Source: a virus
Lineage: Duplodnaviria; Heunggongvirae; Uroviricota; Caudoviricetes; Herelleviridae
Length of the DNA: 64,000 nucleotides
IMG/VR virus record: IMGVR_UViG_2706796076_000001
Direction: 5' to 3' (one strand)
Part shown: piece by piece, positions 1 to 10,689 of the stretch
Numbering within the stretch: the stretch's first letter is position 1
How the letters are laid out: each line of letters starts with the position of its first letter
Notes under the pieces: generated by a model
Told to the model about the DNA's origin: nothing
Seen by the model: only the letters and a program-made list of their open reading frames with translations
Databases searched by the model: none
Translations under genes and position numbers: made by a program

Positions 1-909
1 TTAGCATATAGCTTTAATTTTAAATTCCAAAGTTTTATGGCTTGTCAAAAGTTTTATGAATCCTATGCAGTGGTTCAATATGATAAAGATGATAACGTAG
101 TATTTGTAGAGGATTATGAACAGCATAATGTTAGAGTAGCATTATATTTATTCCAAGATGATTATGCTAAAGCTAGAGATATGCTTATTCAATTAATGGA
201 ACAAACATTACAACCAGCTACACCTACTTATTTACATTCAGGTAAAGGTAATAGAGGGGAATTAAGTTCTTGTTATATTTTTGTTGTAGATGATACAATA
301 GAATCTATTAACTTTGTAGCTAACTCGGTACGAAATGCAAGTAAAAATAGTGGTGGAGTATCCGTAGAAGCGTCTAGAATAAGACCTAAAGGAGCTACAG
401 TACAAGGCAACCCTAACGCTAGTCAGGGAGTTATTCCTTTTGCTAAAAATATTGAACAAGGTGTAAGCCACTTTAACCAAGCAGGTATGCGTCAAGGTTC
501 AGCTGTAGTTTATTTAAATGTATTTCATCAAGATATTGAAGACTTTTTAAGTTCTAAGAAAATTAATGCTAGTGAGAAAGTTAGGTTAGATACTTTATCT
601 TTAGGTGTTACAATTCCTAATAAGTTCATGGAATTAGTAAAAGATGATAGACCATTATACACTTTTGATACTTCTAATTTATATGAAGTAACAGGTAAAC
701 ATTTAGATGAGATTGATTTTAATGAAGAGTATGAAAATTTAATTAAAAATGATAACATTAAGAAGAAAAAATTAAATGCAAGAGATTTAATGACTGATAT
801 TGCTAAAACTCAATTAGAGAGTGGTTATCCTTACGTTTTCTATATTGATAATGCAAATGATAATCACCCACTAAAAGGTATAGGTAAAGTTAGAGCTAGT
901 AATTTGTGT
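1..909 (+). CDS. nrdE: Class Ib ribonucleotide reductase alpha subunit NrdE, exon 1 (5' partial; joins 1862..2830)
   Basis: Frame is open from nt 1. The product ends ...GKVRASNLC at the conserved active-site SNLC loop, then an in-frame stop follows at 913. The downstream continuation TEIAQL... is found after a 0.95-kb insert. Confidence 0.85.
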
Positions 910-1861
910 AAATAAATGCACCTTTAACGAGTAATCGTTATCGAAAAATCTATCTAAAACGGGAAAGCCTAAGTCTTAAGGATAAGGTAATCCGTTGCTA
1001 AATATATAAATTGTAATCACTCTAGTAATAAAAGGAGTGATACTATGGAAAATAAAAAACCTGTAGGTGCTGTGTATATCACAACATGCTTAGTAAATGG
1101 TAAAAAATATATAGGAAAATTTCTTTATTCAAGAATAAACAGTTGGGAAAAATACTTAGGTTCTGGAACATACCTTAAACAAGATATTAAGAAGTATGGT
1201 AAAGAAAACTTTAAAAAAGAGATAGTTCAAGGCTATTACACTAAAGAAGAGTTGGAAAAAGCTGAAGAAGAATTAATTCTTAAAACTAATGCTGTATATG
1301 ACGATAGTTATTATAATGTAAAACTATCATCAGTAGGTGGGGATATTTTTACTACCAATCCACGAAAAGAAGAAATTAGACAAATGAGAAGAGAACAAAT
1401 GGGTGGAAAAGGTAATCACCAATACGGTAAAAAGAAAACAGATAAAATGATAAATTCAGTTAAAAAGGCTAACTCAAGAGCAATAGAAATTGATGGTATT
1501 GAATATCCAAGTACATCTAAAGCATCTGATACTTTAGGAATAGGTAAAACTACTATTGGGTATAGGTTAGACTCAGAAAATTATCCTAACTATAAGAGAT
1601 TAACACCTAGAAAAACAAAAAAGAAATGATTACAATTTATATTAAATGCCCAACGACTATCCGTAACCTACTTACATATAGTAAGGGGAGAAGGTTAGAG
1701 CCAAGTGGTCAAGGTATTGAGTAATAATCATATAAAACCTTGTTAAATCGAAAAGGTAGACTTCCCAAGTGGAAGAATGATATAGTCTGCTCATTTATGG
1801 AAACATAAAGAAGTTCATAAGAGAACTGGTAGTGATTAACGACCACTACTGAACATATAGG
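910..1861 (+). mobile_element. Group I intron in nrdE carrying a GIY-YIG homing endonuclease gene
   Basis: It interrupts NrdE between SNLC and TEI. The 5' exon ends in T (909) and the insert ends in G (1861). GC-richer, ORF-free structured RNA lies at 1630-1860. An internal free-standing HEG ORF is present. Confidence 0.75.
1045..1629 (+). CDS. GIY-YIG homing endonuclease (intron-encoded)
   Basis: The N-terminus GAVYITTCLVNGKKYIGK is a GIY-YIG motif. An SD AAAAGGAG lies upstream. The C-terminal half is basic. Confidence 0.85.
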   Translation: MENKKPVGAVYITTCLVNGKKYIGKFLYSRINSWEKYLGSGTYLKQDIKKYGKENFKKEIVQGYYTKEELEKAEEELILKTNAVYDDSYYNVKLSSVGGDIFTTNPRKEEIRQMRREQMGGKGNHQYGKKKTDKMINSVKKANSRAIEIDGIEYPSTSKASDTLGIGKTTIGYRLDSENYPNYKRLTPRKTKKK

Positions 1862-2830
1862 ACAGAAATAGCACAATTACAAGAAGTATCAGATATACAT
1901 CCTTATATGGAATCTGATAAAGATAATATCGGTAGGGATGTTATTTGTACACTAGCATCATTAAACTTAGTAAATGTTGTAGAGAAAGGTTTACTTGAAG
2001 AGTCAGTTGATATGGGTATGCGTTCTTTGTCAAATGTTACTGATATGATGTATCTACCATTTTTACCTAGTGTAAATAAAGCTAATGATGAATTACATGC
2101 AGTAGGTTTAGGTTCACTTAATTTACATGGACTCTTAGCTAAAAATATGATTAGTTATGGTTCATTAGAAGCTTTAGACCTCATTAACAGCTTGTATAGT
2201 GCAATAAACTATAACTCTATTAAATCTAGTATGCACATTGCTAAAGAAAAAGGTAAGTCATTTAAAGGGTTTGAAAAATCCGAGTATGCTAATGGTAATT
2301 ATTTCAAACCATACATTAATAAATCTAATGAACCAACAACACAAAAAGCTAAAGAAGTTTTAGAAAAAGTGTATATCCCTAGTCAAGATGATTGGGAACA
2401 ATTAGCTAAAGATGTTAAAAGATACGGTTTATATAATGCTTACAGAAGAGCGGAAGCTCCAACACAATCTATTTCATATGTTCAAAATGCTACAGCAAGC
2501 ATTATGCCTGTACCTAGTGCGATTGAGAATAGACAGTATGGAGATATGGAAACATATTACCCTATGCCTTTCTTGAGTCCTATTACTCAATTCTTTTACG
2601 ATAATGAAACAGCATATAAATTAGATAATAAAAAAATCATAAATACAGGTGCTGTGGTTCAGAAGCATACAGACCAAGCAGTTTCTACAATTTTATATGT
2701 TGAATCAGAAATACCTACAAATAAACTAGTAAGTTTATACTACTATGCATGGTCTAAAGGATTAAAATCATTATATTATACACGTTCACGTAAGTTAGAG
2801 GTAATTGAATGTGAAACATGTTCGGTATAA
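1862..2830 (+). CDS. nrdE: NrdE exon 2 (C-terminal part)
   Basis: TEIAQLQEVSDIHPY..DNIGRDVICTLASLNL matches the region after the active-site Cys of NrdA/NrdE (E. coli LEIALP...EIALCTLSAFNL). A C-terminal CETC pair is present. Confidence 0.85.
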   Translation, partial: TEIAQLQEVSDIHPYMESDKDNIGRDVICTLASLNLVNVVEKGLLEESVDMGMRSLSNVTDMMYLPFLPSVNKANDELHAVGLGSLNLHGLLAKNMISYGSLEALDLINSLYSAINYNSIKSSMHIAKEKGKSFKGFEKSEYANGNYFKPYINKSNEPTTQKAKEVLEKVYIPSQDDWEQLAKDVKRYGLYNAYRRAEAPTQSISYVQNATASIMPVPSAIENRQYGDMETYYPMPFLSPITQFFYDNETAYKLDNKKIINTGAVVQKHTDQAVSTILYVESEIPTNKLVSLYYYAWSKGLKSLYYTRSRKLEVIECETCSV

Positions 2831-2844
2831 AGGAAGGAAAACAA

Positions 2845-3891
2845 ATGTCACTAAGAAAAGCAGTAGAATTAAATAATAAAGAAGATAAATTAGAACCAAT
2901 TAATTGGAATAAACAATCAGACGGTATGTCTGAGATTTATTGGAACCAAGGTGTTAATCAAATCTGGTTTCCTGAAGAGTTCGATATTTCCAGGGATTTA
3001 AATTCTTGGAATGAACTCTCTGACATTGAGAGAGAAACTTATAAAAAAGTTTTAGCAGGGTTAACTGGTTTAGATGCTAAACAAGGCGGAGAAGGTATGA
3101 ACCTTATTTCATATCAAGAACCTAGAAGACATTATAAAGCTGTTTTTGGATATATGGGTATGATGGAGTTTGTACATGAACGTTCATACTCTCATATATT
3201 TACAACTATTTTAAATAATAAAGAAACTAATTATTTATTAGATGAGTGGGTAAGAGAAGAAAGCCACTTAATTAAAAAAGCTCAATTTATTGGTTATTTT
3301 TACAAAAAGTTACTAAACCCAGAGCCTACTACTTTTGATAGATATATGGCAAAAGTTGCCAGTGCGTTTTTAGAGAGTGCCTTATTCTACTCAGGGTTCT
3401 ATTACCCTTTACTTTTAGCAGGTCAAGGTCGTATGACACAATCAGGAGCTGTTATATTTAAAATAACTCAAGATGAATCATATCATGGTTCAGCAGTAGG
3501 GTTGACAGCACAATATGATTATGAACAATTAACAGATACGGAAAAAGAAAAAGCTGATAAATTAATGTATAAATTACTTGACATATTATATGATAATGAA
3601 GTATCTTATACACATATGTTATATGATGACTTAGGATTAACTGAAGATGTAATTAGATATGTAGAATATAATTTTAATAGAGCCTTATCTAATTTAGGTA
3701 AAGAAGATTATTTTCATCCAGAACCTTTTAATGCTATTGTTAATAATCAAATTGATGTAGGTAGAATGAGACACGTAGATTTCTTTAGTGGGAAAGCAGA
3801 TTATGAAAAATCTACTAATATTAAAGATATTAAAGATGATGATTTTAATATCGAAGATAATGAAAGTGATTTAGTAGATAAATTTTTATGA
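2845..3891 (+). CDS. nrdF: Class Ib ribonucleotide reductase beta subunit NrdF
   Basis: EFVHERSYSHIF metal/radical site motif. SD AAAGGAAGGA before ATG 2845; the ORF track start at 2818 overlaps the nrdE stop. Confidence 0.85.
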   Translation: MSLRKAVELNNKEDKLEPINWNKQSDGMSEIYWNQGVNQIWFPEEFDISRDLNSWNELSDIERETYKKVLAGLTGLDAKQGGEGMNLISYQEPRRHYKAVFGYMGMMEFVHERSYSHIFTTILNNKETNYLLDEWVREESHLIKKAQFIGYFYKKLLNPEPTTFDRYMAKVASAFLESALFYSGFYYPLLLAGQGRMTQSGAVIFKITQDESYHGSAVGLTAQYDYEQLTDTEKEKADKLMYKLLDILYDNEVSYTHMLYDDLGLTEDVIRYVEYNFNRALSNLGKEDYFHPEPFNAIVNNQIDVGRMRHVDFFSGKADYEKSTNIKDIKDDDFNIEDNESDLVDKFL

Positions 3892-3930
3892 TAACCTTTT
3901 TATAGTATAACATAAGAAAGGAAAGTTATT

Positions 3931-4242
3931 ATGGATAGAAAAGAAGCATTAGTACTTATGAATAAAGCAGAGACTTTGTTTAAAAAGTATGATGATTTCA
4001 AATATGTAGAAGACTTATACGACCCTATTAAAATACTTAATCAGAAAGAAGATACTAGACCTGATTCAGAGTCTACTTCTTTTCAATTAGAATTTAGTTA
4101 TAAGAGTACTAATTATATTTTAGGGTATAATAACAGTGCACTCACAGTTATAGATAAGTCACAAGGATTAGAACATCCAATAGTTTATAATGTAAATAGC
4201 TTTGAAGAAGTAATTAATTTATTAGAAAAGGATGAAGAATAA
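3931..4242 (+). CDS. hypothetical protein (103 aa)
   Basis: ORF with SD GAAAGGAAAG, lying between nrdF and the thioredoxin-like gene. Confidence 0.55.
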   Translation: MDRKEALVLMNKAETLFKKYDDFKYVEDLYDPIKILNQKEDTRPDSESTSFQLEFSYKSTNYILGYNNSALTVIDKSQGLEHPIVYNVNSFEEVINLLEKDEE

Positions 4243-4244
4243 AT

Positions 4245-4568
4245 ATGGAAAAATTAGAAAGCTTAGTAGACTTAAATACAAAAATCTCATACAATGATGA
4301 CGCTATTGTATTAATTTCACAAGACGGATGTGCTAAATGTGAGATTTTAAAAAATATCTTACCTGAATTTGAAAAGACTGGAGATATTACAAAACCTATT
4401 TTCTCATTAAATTTAGATGATGAAGATGTGGATAGAGAGTTAGCTATCGAGAAATTTAATGTTATGAGTACTCCTTTGTTACTTTGTTTTAAAAACGGAG
4501 AACTTAAAGTTACTTTAGAAGGTGACGATGTAAACCCTATGAAATTTAAAGATTTAGAAAATATTTAA
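4245..4568 (+). CDS. thioredoxin/glutaredoxin-like redox protein (CxxC), likely RNR electron donor
   Basis: A CAKC motif sits in a thioredoxin-fold-sized 107-aa protein directly downstream of nrdEF. Confidence 0.6.
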   Translation: MEKLESLVDLNTKISYNDDAIVLISQDGCAKCEILKNILPEFEKTGDITKPIFSLNLDDEDVDRELAIEKFNVMSTPLLLCFKNGELKVTLEGDDVNPMKFKDLENI

Positions 4569-4633
4569 ATTTAATTTTGATAAATCTCACTTTTATGGTA
4601 TAATTAATTTATACAAAGAAGTGAGGTTTTTTT

Positions 4634-5359
4634 ATGGCAAAAAATAAAACACTAACTATATATAATAGTGATAGATATTTCAATATTCATACTAAAGATA
4701 AAAAAGAAATAAGTAAATCAATAAAAATAACACATGCAAATGAAGAGGATATAGAAAAAAATCTAGATAAGGTAGCTACTAAGTCTAGTAGATATATACT
4801 CAAAGATGATAATACTTATATGTTATTTAATGAGAAGTATAATAACGATAGGCTTATTGAGAAAGTATGTAAACATGGAGGCGGTGTTTACTATTATACA
4901 GATTCTATTATACCTTATTATGTATTTAAAGACTTATCTACAAACCAAAATTCAGCAGTTGTTTATAAAATGCGTGAGCGTTTTTCAGATAAAGAAATTG
5001 ATAATATAGCATTATCCTTTATGGGAACTAAAGTAATAATTGATATTTCAATAGTACTTCCTTATGTAAATCCTTATGAAATTATTAGAAATTTACATCC
5101 AATTAAAACTAATGTTGATGAGGTTCACTTAACATTCCCTAAGATAAGAACAATTGAAGAAAAACAAAAAAAATTTTATGATTTTGATGGTGAAGGTTAC
5201 GTACTAAAACCTGAATATAAAATTGATTTTGCTGAAAGAATTAGAGTATCTCTATCTGTATGGAAAATGTATATCTATATCCTTACTAGTGAAGAAGACC
5301 ACCAAGATGTTACAAATGAGATAACTAAATTAAAAAAACAAAAGAATGTTAAACTGTAG
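4634..5359 (+). CDS. hypothetical protein (241 aa)
   Basis: ORF with SD GAAGTGAGG. Confidence 0.55.
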   Translation: MAKNKTLTIYNSDRYFNIHTKDKKEISKSIKITHANEEDIEKNLDKVATKSSRYILKDDNTYMLFNEKYNNDRLIEKVCKHGGGVYYYTDSIIPYYVFKDLSTNQNSAVVYKMRERFSDKEIDNIALSFMGTKVIIDISIVLPYVNPYEIIRNLHPIKTNVDEVHLTFPKIRTIEEKQKKFYDFDGEGYVLKPEYKIDFAERIRVSLSVWKMYIYILTSEEDHQDVTNEITKLKKQKNVKL

Positions 5360-5367
5360 GTATAATA

Positions 5368-5667
5368 ATGACAGTAAATAGAAAAGATATAGCTAGAAGA
5401 ATATCAGAGGAAACAGGATACTACATACAGGATATAGAAGAAATATTAGAAGCAGAATCAAAAGCTATCGTTGATTTCATTGACGAAGGGCAAGAAAAAA
5501 TAAAAAATCATAAATTATATCAAATAGAAGTAATTGAAAAACCAGAAAAAAGAGCATGGAATGGATTAGATAAGAAGTATTATACTATACCTAGTAAGAA
5601 AGTACTTAAGATTAAACCTATGAAATACTTAGAAGAAGCAAATGAAAGACTTAGAGAGACAGATTAA
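5368..5667 (+). CDS. HU/IHF-like DNA-binding protein (putative)
   Basis: A 99-aa protein whose N-terminus MTVNRKDIARRISEETG...AIVDFI.. resembles HU/IHF family N-terminal helices. The basic arm is ...KRAWNGLDKKYYTIPSKKVLKIKP. Confidence 0.45.
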   Translation: MTVNRKDIARRISEETGYYIQDIEEILEAESKAIVDFIDEGQEKIKNHKLYQIEVIEKPEKRAWNGLDKKYYTIPSKKVLKIKPMKYLEEANERLRETD

Positions 5668-5687
5668 AAAATTTGTCTCTTTTTTTA
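5654..5687 (+). terminator. rho-independent terminator
   Basis: Hairpin AGAGACAGATT/AATTTGTCTCT followed by T7. Confidence 0.55.
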
Positions 5688-5716
5688 TTGACATTAAAGA
5701 TATTCTATGGTATCAT
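5688..5716 (+). promoter_or_regulatory. sigma70-like promoter of the DNA polymerase gene
   Basis: TTGACA, a 17-nt spacer, then TATCAT with an upstream TG (TGgTATCAT). Confidence 0.55.
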
Positions 5717-5747
5717 ATATTTAAACAAGTGTAAGGAGAAGATAAAT

Positions 5748-7976
5748 ATGAAAGCTTTAATTTTATACGACCACATAAGAGAAGAACATTTTAAAGTTAC
5801 AGATGATAATAAAACAAGATTAAATCTTTTTAATACTCAAAATGGTAAAACTTTAAAAATGTTATTAGAGAGATGTTCAGGTTTAGTAAGAGATAATTCT
5901 AGAAAAGATTATGATATTGATTTTGTGTATAAGGCTATACCAACACCTGTAACAAATAATTACGGTAAGATTGTTAAATACCAAGATGTAAAGCAAACAG
6001 AAGTTAAACCTTATTACTCAGAATTAACTAAACGAATTATTGATAATAATTATGATATTATTGTTCCTTTAGGTAAACTAGGTATTAAATTTTTACTAAA
6101 CGTTACAAAATTAGGTTCAGTAAGAGGTGTACCTCACAAAATAACATTAAGTACTGAAAATACAAGTAAAGGTGTTTGGGTATTACCTACTTATAGTATT
6201 GAATACACTAATGTTAATAAAAATGCTGAACGTCATGTAGTTACAGACCTTAATTTATTAGGTAAATTTGTAAAAAATGGAGAAGAAGCCTTTAAACCTA
6301 AAAAAGTGTCATATGAACTTGTAACAGATATTGAAAGAGTAAGAGAGATTTTTACTAAAGAAGTAAAAAAAGATAATAATGATGGTATAGATATAACAGC
6401 TTGGGATACAGAGACTAATTCACTAAAACCAGATAGAGCAGGAAGTAAAGTTTTAGTAGTATCTTTAAGTTGGAAAAACGGACAAGGTGTCACAATACCT
6501 ATTTATAAATCTGATTTTAATTGGAAAAACGGACAAAAAGATATTGATGAGATACTAAGTTACTTAAGAGAGTGGTTAGCTGATAAAGAGGATATAAAAG
6601 TAGGTCATAACATTAAATATGATATAAAATTCCTAATGAGTACACTAGGATTTAACACATTTGAAAATAATCAAGACACACTTGTAGGCTGGTATTTAGC
6701 TGTAACACAAGAAACCACAGATTCTAAACGCCTGTCTGACTTAGCATATGAGGTTACAGATATGGGTGGGTATGACACACCGTTAGAAGAATTTAAAAAA
6801 TGGTTTAGTAGAAAATTACTTAAATTCTTGTCAGAAAAAATGTCTACTATTATTAAAGATAACAAGAGTATTGCAAAAAAAGAACATAATATTAAAGCAA
6901 CAGAATATAAAAATTGGTTATCTGAAAACATTAGTGTGGATAAAGAAGTAGAGCTTGATAAATATGAGCAAAAAACAGAAATGAATAGTACTGATAAGCA
7001 ATATATTCAATTAGGTTTACACCCAGAACGATTAACAAAAACAATGTTAATGGGTGATTCAGAGTTTGAAGAGGTAGCTAAGCTTTCGGATGAGTATATG
7101 TCTTTAAGTGATGAAGGTAAAGAATATACACTTAAAACAGCTTTAGAATTAATTAATAGGTTTAAAAAACATACAGATGTATATAATGAAGTTGATGGTG
7201 GTAAGTTTAATTATGATTGGATTCCTTTAGAACTAATGCACCCTTATGCTAGTGGTGACGTTGATGTATGTCGTAGAATTTATTCTAATATACTAGAAAA
7301 ATTAAAAGACCAACAACGACCTAAAGCAATAAAGTTATGGCAACAAGATTATCCAAGGTTAGATAGAACCCTAGCAAGAATAGAGAGTAATGGTCTATAT
7401 GCTGATTTAGATTACATGGAAAAGAATGACAAAGCCTATGAATTAGAATTAACTAAAATTGAAAATAAAATAAGAGAACATTGGGCGGTAAAAGAATTTG
7501 AAGAAGAAAAATATAACTTATATGAACTAGGTTTAGAAGAGTTTAGTAAACCTAAAAAAGAAAGAGACCCAGAAATAGAGAAGTACAGAAATAAGTATAA
7601 AGATGATGGGTGGAAATTTAATATAGGGTCAGGAGACCATAAAAGTGAACTATTGTATAAAATATTAGGTTTTGAATTACCTTATGACCAGAACTACGTT
7701 AAAGCTACCTCTTTTGAGAAAAAGAAAGAGCAAGATATTAGTTGGGAAGACTATAAAACAGATACTAAAGCTCTAGGATATATATTATCTGATTTAGAAG
7801 TAACAGAAGATAACAAAGAACTAATAGAAGACTTATTATACTACGCCTCTATACGAACAAAACGAAACTCATTTACTCATAAGCTTCCTAGAATGGTTAA
7901 TAAAAACACACAAACACTACATGGTAGTTTCTCATCAACAACTACAAGTACAGGAAGATTAGCCAGTAGTAACCCT
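5748..7976 (+). CDS. DNA polymerase I-like (family A) with 3'-5' exonuclease, exon 1 (joins 9074..10063)
   Basis: SD GTAAGGAGAAG before ATG 5748. An exo motif ITAWDTETNSL is present. The exon ends ...TGRLASSNP immediately before the conserved NLQNIP motif, followed by an in-frame stop. Confidence 0.85.
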
Positions 7977-9073
7977 TAAATTGGGGTTGTAAAACTTTGT
8001 TAACTGCGGGGAGAAACTTGTTAGGTCTTAACTACTAACTTATAATGGAAACATATATAAGGGCAAACAGTAATGTGTTTGGTACAGTAAAAAGGTTAAG
8101 AATAAAGAGAATCCGCAACCAAGCCCCTGAAAGTGTATGGAAGTATGGGGAAGGCTCAACGACTAGGTGTTGAGGTAGCACAACCAATACACACCCACGA
8201 AAGCAAGGATATTATTTCTGTGGTAGGGAATAGTAAGGAAGAGTATATGAAAGAAGTTTGGAAAGATTATGATGATAAATATAAAGTAAGTAATACAGGT
8301 AGAGTAATAAATAAAATTACTAAGCATGAATTAAAACCATGGATTATTAATTCAGGGTACAAACAAGTTACAGTTACTGAGGGTAACATATTAGTACATA
8401 GATTAGTAGCAAAGCTTTTTATACCTAACAATAATCCTAATCTAAATGTTGTTAACCACATCGATAATAATAGATTGAATAACCACGTAAACAACCTAGA
8501 ATGGGTAGATTATAGGGGCAATACCTTACACTCTGCTAAACAAGGTAGACAAAATACGTATAGTGCTAGGGAACAACTTAAAAAGGTATCTAATAAAGCA
8601 GTATATCAAAAAGATATGGAAGGTAATATTGTTAAGGTGTGGGATTCACCCACTCAAGCACAAAGAGAAACTGGTGGGTATTTTAGCCCATCACAAATAA
8701 GTCAAGTAATTTCTGGAAGACATAAATCACATAAAGGTTATAAGTGGGAGTATGTAAATAAAGAGTCTAAAAGAAGTAAAAATATGAAAATTGATGTATT
8801 TGACTTAGACGGTAATCTATTGTATACTAAGTATAGTATGAATAAGGTGATGAAACTACTCAACATGAATAATCATAAGACATTGAGAGATAAATTAAGA
8901 AAAACAGATGACTTTGTAGAGTATAAAGGATATAAATTTAGAAACAGTAAATAAACAATAAACCTACCACAGAAATGATATATGATATAGTCTGTCCTAT
9001 ATAGAGATATATAGCTATTGTTTAAATGACAATAGATACAATATAATAAATAAATTATATTGTACACAAGTAA
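7977..9073 (+). mobile_element. Group I intron in the DNA polymerase gene carrying an HNH homing endonuclease gene (exact 3' boundary uncertain)
   Basis: The coding sequence resumes exactly at NLQNIVAHTSN...DYSALELRV (Pol A motif A) at 9074. GC-rich structured RNA lies at 7980-8130. The inferred intron ends in A rather than the canonical G. Confidence 0.65.
8247..8954 (+). CDS. HNH homing endonuclease (intron-encoded), NUMOD4-like N-terminus
   Basis: KVSNTGRVINK is a NUMOD4-like motif. VHRLVAKLFIPNNNPNLNVVNHIDNNRLNNHVNNLEW is an HNH motif. SD AAGGAAG before ATG 8247; the upstream extension to 8133 is probably untranslated intron RNA. Confidence 0.8.
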   Translation: MKEVWKDYDDKYKVSNTGRVINKITKHELKPWIINSGYKQVTVTEGNILVHRLVAKLFIPNNNPNLNVVNHIDNNRLNNHVNNLEWVDYRGNTLHSAKQGRQNTYSAREQLKKVSNKAVYQKDMEGNIVKVWDSPTQAQRETGGYFSPSQISQVISGRHKSHKGYKWEYVNKESKRSKNMKIDVFDLDGNLLYTKYSMNKVMKLLNMNNHKTLRDKLRKTDDFVEYKGYKFRNSK

Positions 9074-10063
9074 AATTTACAAAATATTGTAGCACACACA
9101 TCTAATGTCAATAAATTTGATTATCATCACCCTATTAAACGTTCTTTTGTTTCAAGATTTAACAATGGTGTAATTTTACAAGCCGATTATTCAGCTTTAG
9201 AGCTCAGAGTTACTGGTTTGATGACAAAAGATAAAGATATGACTAATATTTTCTTACACGGGGGAGACCTACACAAGAATACAGCAAGCTTAGTGTATAA
9301 TAAACCAGAGGAAGAGATAACTACTGATGAACGTACAAAAGCAAAAACAGTAAGTTTCTCATTATTGTATGGTGACGTTCCATTTTCTTTTGCTAGTAAA
9401 AATAATATGCCTGTAGAAGAGGCAGAAGAATTATTTGATAATTACTATAAAAATAAGCCAGCTGTAGGACAAGCGATTGAAGACACGCATGAGTTTGCAC
9501 AAAAACATGGTTATGTAGAAACATTACATGGGTTTAGACGATTTTTAGGTAATGCTACAAGTAATGATAAACAAAAAAGAAATCAAGCTTTAAGACAATC
9601 ATTTAATGCTAGAATACAAGGTTTAGGTTCATGGTTTACAAGTATGGCAATTACTTATATTGATGATTTTATTCAAACTAGAAATATGAAGTCTAAACTT
9701 ATTGCCACAGTACATGATAGTATTGTAGTTGATACACACCCAGATGAAGTTAAAGTTATGGCTAAAGTTGTATTACATTGTATGCAAAACTTACCTTTTG
9801 ATTTCTTATACATTGAGTATGAAGGAGAGAATATTAGGTATCCTATTGTAGCAGATATGGAAATAGGAACAAGCTATGGAGATTTAGTAGAATATGATGA
9901 AAATCATATGAATGAATTTAACTCTCCTATTGGTTATGTTAAATACATGTTAGCACTCCAAAAAATACAAGATTATTTTGAATCAGGTAAGATTACTGAA
10001 GAAGAAAAAGAAAGTAAAGAAAATTATATTAAAGGAAATAAAAAAGCATTTACTAAAATTTAA
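9074..10063 (+). CDS. DNA polymerase exon 2 (motifs A, B, C)
   Basis: NLQNI..., DYSALELRV, KTVSFSLLYG and VHDSIVVD are present. It reads in frame from 9074 directly after stop 9071-9073. Confidence 0.8.
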   Translation, partial: NLQNIVAHTSNVNKFDYHHPIKRSFVSRFNNGVILQADYSALELRVTGLMTKDKDMTNIFLHGGDLHKNTASLVYNKPEEEITTDERTKAKTVSFSLLYGDVPFSFASKNNMPVEEAEELFDNYYKNKPAVGQAIEDTHEFAQKHGYVETLHGFRRFLGNATSNDKQKRNQALRQSFNARIQGLGSWFTSMAITYIDDFIQTRNMKSKLIATVHDSIVVDTHPDEVKVMAKVVLHCMQNLPFDFLYIEYEGENIRYPIVADMEIGTSYGDLVEYDENHMNEFNSPIGYVKYMLALQKIQDYFESGKITEEEKESKENYIKGNKKAFTKI

Positions 10064-10064
10064 T

Positions 10065-10094
10065 ATTGACAAACTATATCTATTTATGATATAG
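10065..10094 (+). promoter_or_regulatory. sigma70-like promoter
   Basis: TTGACA, an 18-nt spacer, then TATAGT with upstream TG. Confidence 0.5.
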
Positions 10095-10116
10095 TTATGT
10101 CAAAGGAGGAATTGAT

Positions 10117-10599
10117 TTGGAAATTCATGTAGATAGTCTAGATTTTACAGAACTTACTATTGTTGATATGAATGGTGAAGCTAAAACATTCAATATTCAT
10201 GATGAGCTAAAACTAAGTGAATATACTATACAACAAGAGATGTATACACAGTCTAGTAAGTATGCTTTTTGGAGCTCTTTACTTGAGAGAGTTAGAGCTT
10301 ATGCAGAAGCAGAAAGTAGAAAGTTAGAGCAAATAGGAGCTTCTGTAAATAAACAAGTAAGACAAGGATATACACAGCAAAAAATTAAACCAACTAAAGA
10401 TGTTATAGAATCAGATATTTTGCTTAATGAAAGTTATCAAAAGCAACAACAAATTGTAGAACAATGGAATTACAAAGTAAAACAATTACAGTATATTGTA
10501 AAAGCTTGGGAACAACGTTCTACAATGTTAGTACAGTTATCAGCAGAACTAAGACAAACAAATAAAAATGGTGGAATGACTAATCCATTTTCACATTAG
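10117..10599 (+). CDS. hypothetical protein (160 aa, TTG start, predicted coiled coil)
   Basis: SD AAAGGAGGAA 7 nt before TTG. Confidence 0.5.
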   Translation: MEIHVDSLDFTELTIVDMNGEAKTFNIHDELKLSEYTIQQEMYTQSSKYAFWSSLLERVRAYAEAESRKLEQIGASVNKQVRQGYTQQKIKPTKDVIESDILLNESYQKQQQIVEQWNYKVKQLQYIVKAWEQRSTMLVQLSAELRQTNKNGGMTNPFSH

Positions 10600-10689
10600 A
10601 ATACAAATTCTTATAAATTTAAACTTGACAAATGGAATAAACTATGTTACAATCATAACATAATAAAAATAAAGGAGAGAAATATAATA

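Noticed and set aside
262-758. Minus-strand ORFs 262..495 and 528..758 inside nrdE
   Set aside because: They are antisense to a well-supported conserved coding region, have no SD and low-complexity composition. They are spurious.
4806-5009. Plus-strand ORF 4806..5009 (67 aa) nested in a different frame of gene 4634..5359
   Set aside because: It is fully nested in an alternative frame with Ile/Leu-rich AT-codon composition and no RBS.
5673-5747. Upstream extension of the polymerase ORF (MSLFLLTLKIFYG...)
   Set aside because: The extension overlaps the terminator and the TTGACA promoter. The real start is ATG 5748 with SD GTAAGGAGAAG.
6233-6931. Minus-strand ORFs 6233..6493 and 6671..6931 and 8267..8494, 8873..9067
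   Set aside because: They are antisense to the DNA polymerase exon, the HNH endonuclease gene and intron RNA. They are hydrophobic or low-complexity with no SD.
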